A stretch of DNA of 64,000 nt from the NCBI RefSeq assembly GCF_018977255.1, contig NW_024704742.1, positions 113,090,001-113,154,000 on the forward strand. The letters are read 5' to 3'. Both the position numbers and the translations under genes were made by a program. The notes under the pieces are model-generated. The model searched no databases. It saw only the letters and a program-made list of their open reading frames with translations, and had not been told where the DNA came from. Below are positions 12,140 to 24,156 of the stretch, one piece after another. This stretch comes from Callorhinchus milii (lineage: Eukaryota). How positions within the stretch are numbered: the stretch's first letter is position 1; the number at the start of each line of letters is the position of its first letter.

Positions 12140-15100
12140 TAATCACATTAATCACTTAATCACTTTAACTTAATTAACTTAATACTTAATCACATTAACT
12201 TAATTTCTGATTATTATACTTCGTAAAATGCTTCGAAATGTTTTTATATGAAACCAAATTACACTGTATTATGATTAGAATACTGTAGGGTCTCCAGGCA
12301 TTCTCAATTATACACAAAATGTCAATCAATGAACTAAAAATATGGTAAAGAAATCCTTGTATTTAATATAGCACCTTATATGGTCAAAATGTTTCAAAGG
12401 GCTTTATATGGTTTCCTGTAAAGTGTAGTGAGTGTATTAGTAGATAAATGTGACAGCTAATTTGCACGAGGCAATGTCCCACAAATAGCTATGAAGTGAA
12501 TGATCAATTTAATCTGGGGAATGTTGGCCAGGAGACCAGGAAAAAGTCCTTTCTCTTTTCAAATAGTGCCAAGGGATCTTTAACATGCACCTTAACAGGC
12601 AAATAGCACCTGGATTTAACATCTCATCCAAGGAATGGCATTTCTGCCATTGCAGCATACACTTAGTGCAAAATAAATTTTCTTGATTGAAAATTTCTTA
12701 ATTCATGGCGTAAATCAAGAAATATTCAATCAACAAAAACCTGGAAACACACTGTGAATCGAACACTGGGACTCGCTAGACTAGTGCGAATATTTGGGTG
12801 GGGGGGCGCTTCGTGACAGCCCTGTGGACTGGAACAGATCCACTGGCCAGAGTTTGATCAGATCAAATACTGCTTTGGGATATGTTGAAAATAAGATTTT
12901 TATATGCTTCACTTTTCTCAGTAACCCATCTCATGCACTATCTTCAAATGACAGGGAAATTTGCACTCAAGCATGGCAATCGAATTACCTGTCAGGAAAT
13001 GCCAAGAGAGAATGAGATTAACTGGAAATTAATTTCCTTTTTGATGTACAACAGCAGCAACGACAACAACTTCCATTTATTTTACGCCTTCATGTGGGTG
13101 TAGCATCTCAGGAGCGCTTACCTGGTCTCTGCCCATGACATCTGCATTGCTGAAACCAAGAGCTCAGTGTTTGGAGGGCTGCACCGTGCTCGTACATTGT
13201 ATCACAAGATCACAAGATTGGTTTGAATGAGGAAGGCCCTTCAGCCCAACTGATCTCATCGTTTCAGGACACCTACCCTCCCATCTTCCCATCACAACAT
13301 CAACATCAAGTTGTATTTTAATGAGGTCAGTCTCCTGGCAACCTCTGCATAAAGAAAAACTTTCTTGTGTCTGTCCTAAAAATTGGCTTTTACAACTCTA
13401 AGCTTATGTGCTCTTGCTCTATTGTCTTACTACCCCCCTAAAGTATTGCTCTGGCTTTACTGTTTCAATCCCATTTAAATTTGTATAATTTAACTGCCAT
13501 AAAGTCCCCTCTGAGATTTGCACTGTTTAATTCAAGTACACATTGTCCGGTTGGATAACCATGGGTTTAATTTGCCACATCAAAGAGCTGACAAGTGTGA
13601 TGAAAAGTCAGAAATTGAAACAGGCTTTGTTGATTTTTGTTCCCTGGTCTGTTGTTTGCACTCTGCTGTTTCATGAATATCACAAATTAGAATATTCTTT
13701 GAATATTCACAAATGGAAGTTACCATTCAAATCCAGTTTTGCAAATATCAGAAATTAGTCTCCAGTATGGTACCAGAACAGATTAGCTCTGAAGGCAATT
13801 TTGTTAATGACTCAACTGAAATCAGCAAATCTCCTTGACATGACACAGCTTTTAGTCCAAGGAAGACCTGTTTGTGGGCATATGCTTCCCCACCTCTCCA
13901 CTGACCTTCTCCCCCCGCCAACATGACACACACACCATCAACCAGGAAGCCGCCCTGTGGGGGATCCTTTGATGCATGAATCCTCAAATCCTGCCAGAGC
14001 TTGGCGTTAATAAATCTAAAAATAGAAATGTGTTATAATAGTTTGTATCAAGATTATTCGCACAATATAAATATTCATCGAACACCTTTGAACATATTTT
14101 TCAACGATGAAGAGAGTTACTGAGCACTGGAGATATTGCACAAGCTGGTACTGCCTTTACTCCTATCACATTATAAGTCAAATTTACCTTGCTGTGAAGG
14201 TAAGTACAATTATTGGAATATTACTTTCATGATTCAAGTTAATATTTGTTTACCTGTACTGTTTTCTTATTCCTGACTACATATTTATTGCTCCCAGTTA
14301 TAATTTCTGTCAGGTTCTCTTCCTCTCAGTGCCAGGTTTTCAAACCCAATTCACATAGAGTTGAAGTGAGAAACAATATCAAATGGAACTTTCTTGATAC
14401 AAAGAGCAATAAATGTGTGGAATAAGTCAATAAATAGACTTGTAGAATACGTCAGTAGTAGACTTGTGGAATAAGTCACAAGGAAGAACACTAAAAAGCC
14501 AATGGTATCAATGGATTCAAAAGGCAACTAGTTGTCTTTCTGGAAAGTATAGAGGTTGACAGATACAGTGACAATGGTTAGAGAGAGAAAGACAGTGACA
14601 CACACACACACACAAACAGTGACATGAGAGACACGCAATTAGGTTTGAGAACCATTAAAAAATATTGACTTGCTGGGCCTAATTGTCTTTTCAGTCACAT
14701 GGACTCATTTAAGAAACACCTTGATCCTCTAATAGGAAGATGTAGAATGGATATTTTGAATGGCTGAGATGAAATAAGCTGAAGGACCTTCTTGTGATCT
14801 CTTGTGTGGAAATCTGTCGTCCACTTCTTGAAAGTTGATCACGGAGAGGCATGTACTGAATAGAAGGGTCAACCCACAAACTCTCTCGAATGGGAGCAGT
14901 TTGTTACAGTTGGGAAAGGGAAAAGAAAAGCAGAAATTGCAAAACAAAATAAACCAAGGTACTTTATCAATGTAACAGTATAAAGTAACGGCATAATGTA
15001 TAACATAAATTCTATTTTATAATTATCCTAGTTTTTAAATGCAAATGAGATCAATTAACAAGCTGTAGAAATACACTCCTCTACATAACAAAAATATACC

Positions 15101-18100
15101 CTCCAAGTTTAATGAAGATCATTCATGACTTCAGTTATAGTCGAGAGCTTGTTTTCTAATTAACGTTATAAATATATGCAAATGAGATCCAATTCACATA
15201 ATTTATTTAACGTGTTATTCATATTAGCATATTGAATATACCCTCCAACTTTCATAAAAGTGACAGTCAATGGTTTTGAATTATTAATAAAAGCATGGAA
15301 ATTTTTTTTACACCAGCACTGCTTTCCGTTTCCTGCAAGATGCTTACAAATGTTCAGTCACTACACTCTACTGTAAATCCTGTGAAGCGTTTTGAGATGT
15401 TTTCATGATGTGATAAGGTGCTATATCAAATGTAAGGAATATTATTATTATTTTTATAAGATAGAAAGATCAAATGCCAGTTGCTGTGGAATGTGTCAAA
15501 TAATAATATTCCAACTGAAACTTGAACAAAACTGTAACGTATTTAATGAGACAGTGTATACTGTTCCAGGCCATGAATATTGCATAATTAAGCACTTTTT
15601 TCTAAGACAATTCATGCCGTGGGTTTTATCTTTTAAGGCACATCTCAAACATTACTTTTTTGACCACGCCTTCATCATTTTTCTGGACATTACTGTGAGC
15701 TATTGTTAATTTTAATTTTGTCTGGCCAGCTGTTTTTCTCATCAGGGTATGTAAAAAGAAATTTGATGCATACATTCGTGAAGGAGAAAGTATAAACAGG
15801 GATAGGAGAGGGTATTATGAGGGCTAGAAGCTTGTGTGCAGTATAAATATCTGCATGGACTACTTGGGTCCAATAGCCTGTTTCTGCTCTGTATAATTCT
15901 ATATAATTTTATGTAAACCTTCTCTTGATTTTCTTTGCACGTTTTCAGGATAATTTCAAAGTGGGTGAAAATTCACAATCATTCTCACGCTCTGGGTAGA
16001 GCACATTCTAAAGATTGGACAATATATAATCTGTCTTTTAATCAACATTAAACGTGGTATCAATGACTGCAATATTCAAATCTGCACTGAATTGGAGTGA
16101 GCTGGAGAAGATTTGTGCAAAGTCTCAGTTTTTATCTATTACGATAATTTTGTTTTCTAAGGGATTCATTAAATGATATGAAGATAATTACATACATATT
16201 TCTTGATTCCTACTTTTAAAGTATTTTATGGATTCACCCTCTTAGGCTTTGTTAAACAATCCCCCAATTCTCTGGTGAAAAGGGCAAAGCTTTATCTGTG
16301 TTGCCTTCTCAATGCTACTCTAAGAATTAAGAAGACTAATTAAAGTGTTGGAGTTCATGAAGCAGAGATTGAGTGTGGTAAAGGCAGACTTTATGGGAAT
16401 GAATGATCTATTTTCTTGCTTTCAAATGTTCTTGATTGTCTCACATCTGTTCAGACTTATCAATGAAACTTCAAAATTCCAGATTTGAACCCATTGATTC
16501 AAGGCTTGATTTAATTTTGCTCATTTTTGGTTAATACTTCCTTGACATAAGGAAGATTAAAGATCTCTGTTATATGGTATGCTGGATATTTTCCAAATGT
16601 TTGGAAATATGTTGGGCCTTTAGAACAGCATGCCACCTGAAAAGAGAGACAGTACAGGACTCAGTCTCTGTGGCAGTAGGTTTGGGATTAATTATTAATA
16701 AATTAATAATTTATTTATTAAGTGTAGTGACTGTATATTTTTAGGCAGGCACACAATTTTCCTGCAGCAATTGCTCACAGATAACCATTAAATGGTTTTA
16801 CTTTCAATTTTATTTTGGGGAATTGTCAACAAGGATATTGGGATGAATTCTCTTTTTCAATAATGCATAGGATCTTTAAGAGCCACCTGAAGAAGCAGAC
16901 AGTTTAATTGTCTTATCTTAGTTTAACATCTAATGCATAGGACAACATCTCCAAGAATGCAGCGCTCCTCTAGCATTGAGTTCCCCTAGACTCTGAGTTC
17001 CAATTCCCGAGATTACTTTATAGTATTAACTTTGTACTGCAGATATATTAGGATACAAGTTACAGAATCATAGTTAAACGATAGAGTATTATGTCCAGTT
17101 TATGTCATCCCACTTTAGGAAGGACATCTGAGCCATAGAAGGTGCAGACGACAATGTTAAATTTATATTTGGGGTTATTCTGTTTGATTAGCTAATATAT
17201 CTAATTCAATGATGTGCATATATGATTAACGTAATGACATTGTATAATCATAATTTAATTTTATTTATAATTTAAGTTCAGTTCATTACTTAAGTTCATT
17301 ACTTAAGTTCATTATAATTCTTTATTAGTACACAGCACCAAATTTGCTATAATAATTCAGCACACATACAGAACTCTCCTCTATTCAGTGAATGGAGCAG
17401 AATAGTGAACATAGCCAATGGAGTCAGCAATGTGAATACAGTCATTGAAGTCTTTTTTATTGCTGATTGTTACAGATTAGTTTGCATTAATTAGTTTGCA
17501 TACATGAGGATGAAGTAAATATAAGGGTATGGGTCATCTCTTCCCTCCCACCTCCCTCAGCTCCCACACCCAGCTCGGATGCCCATTGTGTGTTATGGAA
17601 ATGAACCTTGAGACACCCTCCCAAAGTGAAAGGTGCTATATAAATGTAAATTGTATTGTACTGTTCTTATAATTGTATGTACATTCAAAATGTTGTAAGG
17701 TTACAGTAAACTAGTGTTCAATGTAAAATAATCTCAATGTGTTCAGCAATTATTTATTTGAGTGAAGACATTCAGGAAGTGTGCTACAGGCAGGAGATCC
17801 AGTCCAAAGCAATTTTACCTGATAAGTCCTGCTATATCTATACATATTAAATCAATGGGTTGTGTAGCTGGGAGTTTATATGCACTGCTTAAGTAGGTTG
17901 ACTTAAAACTGAAAATGATAATTAAATGTCACAGTTTCAGGAAGGTTCAGGGTTTGTAGTTTATCACAGTCATTTTTTGGATACTTATTCTTTTAACAAA
18001 TGTTAATGTCATACTAAAAGAAAATAAATCAGTGCTGACATGTAGCTTGACATGTATGTTGCACAAAAATGCAATCATTTGCTAGATATTTTTTTGGGGA

Positions 18101-18853
18101 GGACATGTTTGCAGTGCTATGGAGAAAGAGAGGGGTAGAGGGATTGAATTGGATAGCTCTTTTCAAAGAGCCTGCACAGACATGTTGGCCTCATTCTGTT
18201 TAAGATTTTATGATTTCAATTCATAACGTTTAATATTTACTTGATGCAGTTTTTGCTATATACTTTCAAACTGTAGCTTTGCACATTCAATACAAATGCC
18301 TTGTGAGGGAAAAATAAACAGAACAAACAAACCTCAGGGTAACTGCAGTGAAAGTCATACATTTAAGAAAGATTTATTACTTTTAAAAATAAAACATGTA
18401 CCTCAAAATTGCATTGCAAACATTGCAAATCAATGCTGACAGGATCGGATGGCACATTTGATCTTGATACACCATTCATTGGTACCAAGATCCAGATCAT
18501 GTTCATAGAATCAATAGAGCTATATTTATGGTATTCCTAAACACATTATGTTCCTTTAGGCATGTCACTGTAATGTGTTTTGACCTTTAACAATCTTTTC
18601 CATTGTCGACTTAACTCAACTCATCTCAACTTCTCAGCAAATAAATTGCAACATTTTCTGCATCTCCCAAAATTAAATCTTGCGCAAAAACAGTCTCATT
18701 GTCAATATATATTCAGATAACTTTCAATCCAATTCTCAACCATATCTTACTTTTAAATCTATTAATTGGCACATTGTTTAAGCTAAGAATATTGCATTTG
18801 ATCCACATCTTATCATATAGAAACTTACAACATGACTTACAACAGGACTCATG

Positions 18854-19182
18854 TGGAGTCCTGTAGCTCAGTGGTTAGAGCACTCACTTTGCAAGTGAGA
18901 GACCTGAGTTCAATTCCAGGCAGAGGGCGAAACCTTGGGCAAGTTTCCTTACTCCACACACCTAATAATAATCCCTCCAAAAAAACAAAATATTAAAAAA
19001 ATTGGTCTTTTTCAATCCATATGACTGTTTGTGGGATCATTGCTGTGCGCAATTGGCTGCTGCATTCGCCCACAAATATACAGTCAATTCACTTTACAGT
19101 GTGTTCTGTGAAGCGCTTTGGGACATCCTCCCGACGTGAAAAGCGCTATATCAAATGCAAGGATTATTATTATTATTATTAT
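18854..19182 (+). mobile_element. tRNA-Ala(TGC)-derived SINE, full length (short subfamily)
   Basis: A box TAGCTCAGTGG, anticodon arm CTCAC-TTTGCAA-GTGAG, B box GAGTTCAATTCC, core GCTGTGCGCAATTGGCTGC, L2-type tail and (TTA)n. Confidence 0.93.
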
Positions 19183-19995
19183 AACATAATATAATTTACA
19201 TTTCTAATGTGCCTTTCACATCAGGAAGATGTTTCAAAGCTCTTTTCATTGCTGGCTGGGCACCCGAACTGGGGATGGGAGCTCAAGGGGGTGGGGAGTG
19301 GAAAGATGATGAAAAGTGCGATCAAAGAGGTACATCTTGAATGAGAAGTGGGAGAGAGTGTGGTGTTCACTGCGCGAAAGGAGCATCTCAAAACATTTCA
19401 CATAAATATCCTGAAGCAACTGCCATTCATGGATCAAATTCTGGTGTAAGGTATACACTTTGTAGGAATCACTAACATCTTAATCTGAGAGCCAAGAGCT
19501 GATAGCTGAATGTCAATGGGTTTAAAGTTTTCCTTCTGTGCTGTAAATTTCTATGATTCTATTTACAGAGTATAACATGGAGGTTGCATGTTTGATAGTA
19601 TGATTTTCTTCAATGTTGAATTGAAATAATGTAGGCCAATAATTTATGCTACAAATAAGAATGGAATACATAACCAATGAATTTAGATGTTTAGGTCTCA
19701 ATCTGGCTCAATTGGTAGCACTCTTGCTTCTGAGCTAAGGAGGGGTTGTGGACAATGAGCTCATAGTCTAGGCTAAAACTCCTTGGGTGTGGGTGCTGAC
19801 ATTGTCGGAGGTGCTATTAAACCAAGTTTCAACCTGATTATTCAGATAGATGTTAAAGTTCCCAAGGTACTTGAAAAAAGAAGGGAATTTTTCCCCCAGT
19901 GTCCTGGCCAACAAATTCCTAAAAAAATCATTCACTTCATGGCAAATTCCTGTGAAGCACTTTGAAAAGTTTCAATGACGTGATAAGATACTTTA

Positions 19996-21020
19996 TTACA
20001 TTAGAATACATTACATTCGAATATACAGCATAGAAGCAGACCATTCGGCTCAACTGGTCTATGCCGTGTTTATGTTCCATATGAGCTTCCTCCTGTCCTT
20101 TCTCAACTAAGCCTTCAAGCATAACCTTCTATTCCTTTCTCCCTCATGTACCTATCTAGCTTTCCCATAATACATCTATGCTATTTGCCTCAATAACTCC
20201 TTGTGATAGTGGTTCCACATTCCCACTACTCTCTGTGTGAAGACATTTCTTCTAACTTCCCTATTTGATCTATTTGTGTCTATTTTATATTGATGGCCCC
20301 TGATTTTGGTCTCCCCCACAAGTGGAAACATCTTCCCTATGTCTACCCTATCAAAACTTTTCATCATTTTAAATACATCTATCAGGTCACCCCTTACCCT
20401 TCTCTTTTCAAGAGAAAAGAGTCCAAGTATGTTCAGCCTTTCCTGATAGCTATAACCTCTCAGTTCTGGGATCATCCTTTTGAATCTCCTTTGCACCCTC
20501 TCCAGTGCCTTTACATCCCTTCTATAATGTGGGGACCAGAGCTGCACACAGTATTCTAAGTGTGGTCTAACCAAGGTTCTATAGAAGTTTACCATAACTT
20601 CCCTGCTTTTCATTTCTATCCCTCTAGAAATGAACCCCAATGCCTGGTTTGCTTTTTTTATGGCCTTATTATCCTGCATTGCTACTTTTAGTGAATTGTA
20701 TATGTGTAGCGTTAGATTCCTTTGCCCCTCTACCCCATTTAGGTTTTTATTTTCCAGGATATATTTGACTTCCTTATTCCTTCTACCAAAATGTACCACC
20801 TCACACTTTTGTACATTGAAATGCATTTGCCATTTAAATGCCCATTCAGAAAGTTTATTAATGTCTTGCTGTAATTTGTTGCAGTCCTGCTCTGTATTAA
20901 CTACTCCCCCCAATATGATGTTGCCCACAAATTTTGAAATTGTACTGCTGATTCCTAAGTCGAAATAACTAATGTATATTGTGAACAACAGTAGTTCCAA
21001 TATCAATCCTTGTACACCAT
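19996..21020 (-). mobile_element. CR1-clade LINE 3' fragment (RT C-terminal half)
   Basis: ORF 20176-21006: LQQDINKLSEWAFKWQMHFNVQKCEVVHFG...YRTLVRPHLEYCVQLWSPHY...LEKRRVRGDLI...FTQRVVGMWN. Confidence 0.93.
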
Positions 21021-21049
21021 TGTTAAATGCAAAAACAAATAAATTGTTG

Positions 21050-21450
21050 TGGTACTCTTACAAAGCCCTCCATGGCCTCGTTCCACTCTACCTCTGCGAC
21101 CTCCTAACCCCCTAACAACCTGCCCACTCCCTCCACTCAGCCAGCTCCAGCCTGCTCCATGTCCCCCGACCCACCCATCCCATTATTGGTGGGAGAGCCT
21201 TCAGCCCCTCTGCCCCCAACCTTTGGAATTCCATCCCCCAGTCACTCTTCCTCACCCCCTCCTTAGCCTCCTTCAAGTCCCGCCTTAAAACCCTCCTCTT
21301 CGACCATGCCATTGCCCTTCCCCTCTCCTCCCTTCTCTCTCCCTGACCCGAGCTAGGATCTGAAATGCTGTACACTGTCCAGCGCCTTGGGAGGTCCTCC
21401 CAACGTGAAAGGCGCTATACAAAAGTAGTCTTGTTGTTGTTGTTGTTTTG
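21050..21450 (+). mobile_element. L2-clade LINE 3' fragment
   Basis: TACAAAGCCCTCCATGGCCTCG..., L2 3' UTR and (TTG)n tail. Confidence 0.88.
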
Positions 21451-21651
21451 TTATATTCTGCTTTTTCATGTACTTGGATGAGCAAGGAATATTACCCAGG
21501 TTACTAGCCTTTGCACACCTTCCAAAACGTGTGCCGGTGGACCATTACCTGAACTACCAGACTAACTAGACTGGTTAATTTTAATGTCATTCCAAACATT
21601 GCAGCTCTCACAGTACCACAAAGAAGTATCAACAACAACAATAACTTACTT

Positions 21652-21730
21652 ATAATCAATTCTGATAGCTCTCCAGGACATTACCCCTATGCGCGGAGTA
21701 ACCTCCTGGAGAGCTATCAGAATAGATTAT
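21652..21730. repeat. ~80-bp palindrome (27-bp arms, one mismatch)
   Basis: ATAATCAATTCTGATAGCTCTCCAGGA ... TCCTGGAGAGCTATCAGAATAGATTAT. Confidence 0.95.
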
Positions 21731-22039
21731 GAGCTCAAGCCCTGATGTAAAGCTGGAACCAACAACCTTCTGGCATAGAAGTGAGAGCTGAGACAGATTG
21801 ATTTATATTCCGAGCCATAATATGCTCCCCTATGTTCCTTTTGGTATCTAGTCTTGCTTGAGGCTTATTAATTTTAGAATGTGTTGCTTGTTTCACATTA
21901 GTAGAAGGGTATGTTGTTGGCATATTTTAAGCTTTCCTAGTTCTTAGTTGACACATTTTGAATGACTCAATAGACCTACATGTTGACATACATGTTGAAC
22001 TATCTATCCAGCAGATTATATGAAATTAACTATATTAAC

Positions 22040-22525
22040 AAAATTTGGTCAACTGAATGTTTAATACATGTAGAAACCCACACTTAAGAGTATCCAAACC
22101 AAACTGAGAGTTCCATCCATCCCATCTACACATGGAAATTTCCATGTATTGGAATAGAATGCACAGAACGACATATCATACATACTTAATTCCAGAGAAT
22201 ATTTGTGCAGGCTAGCAAGAACCAAGGCTTGAGGACCTCAGATTGTATGTTGGGGTACTATTGGTACTATCCAGCTAAATCCACATAGCTTGCCATTAAA
22301 AGAACTGGCATGGCAAGATTTCCTGCTACTTGTTCAGCTAGGACCACCATACACATTAGATCGTGGCTTGCAAGGTTAACAGGAGCTGAGTGGGAAGAAG
22401 TCCTTCCCCCAGTGACTGGTTTAGATTGTGCACTCAAGTCCTGATACGAGGCTTGAACCAACAACCTTCTGACCCAGAAGCAAATGGGGTATTAACTAAT
22501 CCAAACTGACATATATTCCGAGTTC
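22040..22525 (-). mobile_element. Unclassified old dispersed repeat, possibly a SINE; related copies at ~28690-28900, ~48560-48960 and ~55915-56060 (+)
   Basis: Shared blocks TTTCCATGTGTAG.TGG, GGGTTTCTGCATGT.TCAG and CTAGCTG.ACAAG...GCAAGCTAT.TG.TTTAGCTGG. Confidence 0.7.
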
Positions 22526-23953
22526 CAATTCTGGATAATTCCCACTGCTTACCAGCTAGGAGCTGGTTAGCGTTTTGACTTGCATGACTTACAGTAGCAA
22601 AGTGGGAAGAATGCCCATCCCCAGTTACTGTTTGGCTGAGGTAGTCGAGTATCAACAGGCATAACAGCACCTCAAATGAGGGCCCACGGTAGAGTCATCA
22701 AAGAATTTTGTGGTGAGATATGTGATTTCTTAAAATGCAGGAAGCAGAACAGTTAGCAATAGTTAACTCCTCGGCACTGACTTGTCAAGTCTGATAAGCA
22801 TAATCACAGTCACCAAGATCACATAGGAAATGGATCCCTCCAGTGAGAATTGTTGCTGTATATTATTAGAGGTGAAGCTGCAGGTAAGCCGAAAATTGTA
22901 ATATGCCGTGTCTGCTTTCTGACATCCTTTGAAGCTTGCTCCAGTAGTTTCAGTGTAAGAGAAAATTACATAACTGCTTTCTGCAAGAACTGAGATACCA
23001 TTGTCAATGTGTCATTGCTATTGATCACTGATATCAATTAACATGATATAGTGATCAATTAGCCACAGACTCCCAGCAACTGTAAATATTTCCTGGTGAA
23101 GTTCACGTTTTGCTTGAGGACTTGAATCACTGCAAGTTTGCTTTTTGTCCAATTGTGATTAAATTGGACATAAAGGAGAATAAGCATGATGCTTAATTTA
23201 TATTGAGCCAGGATTAGATCTAGAGAATCCAGATGCAATCTTTTTTGTTTCCAGTCCTCAGTCAAAAGGTTGATTTAAAAAGAGGAAACTCTTTTTTTCT
23301 GAACATGAATTTCCCATATTGTGCCACAGCTCTGAGTCACGTTCTCTCCTGAGGCAGATGCTTTGTACTAGTGTTGTTCATAACTTACTTTGAGGGAGAA
23401 ATAATAATCACCTTTGCATTCTAATCTTGCACCTTATCATGTCTCAAAGCACTTCACAGGATCGTAGTGTGAAGTCTAGTCATTGTGTATTTGTAAATGC
23501 AACAGTCAATTTATACATAGCAATGTCCCCCAAACAGACATAAAAACATAGAAACAGGAGTAGGCCATTCAGTCCCCAAGCTGATCTGTACCTCAAGTCC
23601 AATTACCTGCCCTTACCCCATATCCCTTAATGTTAAACTATTCTACTCCCCATGACCCTAATCTAACAAATCTCTATCCACCTTAGTCTTGAAAATGTGA
23701 ATGGATCCAGCATCCACAGCCTTTTGGGGGAGAGATTTCCAGATTTCTACTTTCAGTTGAAAAACATGAAATGAATGATCACTTTTACCAGGAGAATTGG
23801 TGCTCATGAAATCTTTAACATCACCAGAACAGACAGGTGGAACCTTGGTTTAGCATCTCATATGAAAGAAAGCATCTCTGACAAATTAACATTCCCCCAG
23901 CACTGCCCTGGAGCGTCAGCCTAAACTGTGAGCTTTGGTCCCAAATTCCACAA

Positions 23954-24156
23954 GGGTCTAAATCGACTGTAATTACTTAGCAGTTCAAAATGTCCAGAAT
24001 TTTGCAATTTAATTAATTTAGTCTTAACTCAGAAGTCAGTTTTCAGTAAAACTTAAAATAATTTACAGAAAACTGGCCTTAAAATAAAGTCTGTTTAAGA
24101 ATTTGCCAAATTATGGATACTCCTAAACATTGCATAAGTAGAGTGAACCTAGACCC
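23954..24156. mobile_element. Degenerate MITE-like element with imperfect terminal inverted repeats; related copy at ~31436-31540
   Basis: Ends GGGTCTA...TAGACCC; inner TCCAGAATTTTGCAA vs TTGCCAAATTATGGA. Confidence 0.55.

Noticed and set aside
12733..12756. Perfect RSS nonamer ACAAAAACC next to heptamer CACTGTG
   Set aside because: Wrong relative orientation and an 8-bp spacer; no V, D or J segment adjacent
14100..14370. Possible Ig-like leader exon/intron (AAG|GTAAGT at ~14200, TTTCTGTCAG at ~14313)
   Set aside because: No convincing signal peptide or V domain; the downstream sequence is decayed CR1
17273..17313. Short tandem repeat of TAAGTTCATTACT
   Set aside because: Simple slippage repeat with no spacers; not CRISPR-like
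18854..18925. tRNA-Ala(TGC)-like gene
   Set aside because: It is the SINE head: no 3' acceptor stem, and it runs straight into the SINE body
20176..21006. 276-aa open CR1 ORF as a domesticated gene
   Set aside because: 5'-truncated, and the catalytic FADD is mutated to FVGN
22830..22890. ATG...CAG|GTAAG mini-exon (MDPSSENCCCILLEVKLQ)
   Set aside because: No recognisable homology or partner exons; consistent with chance
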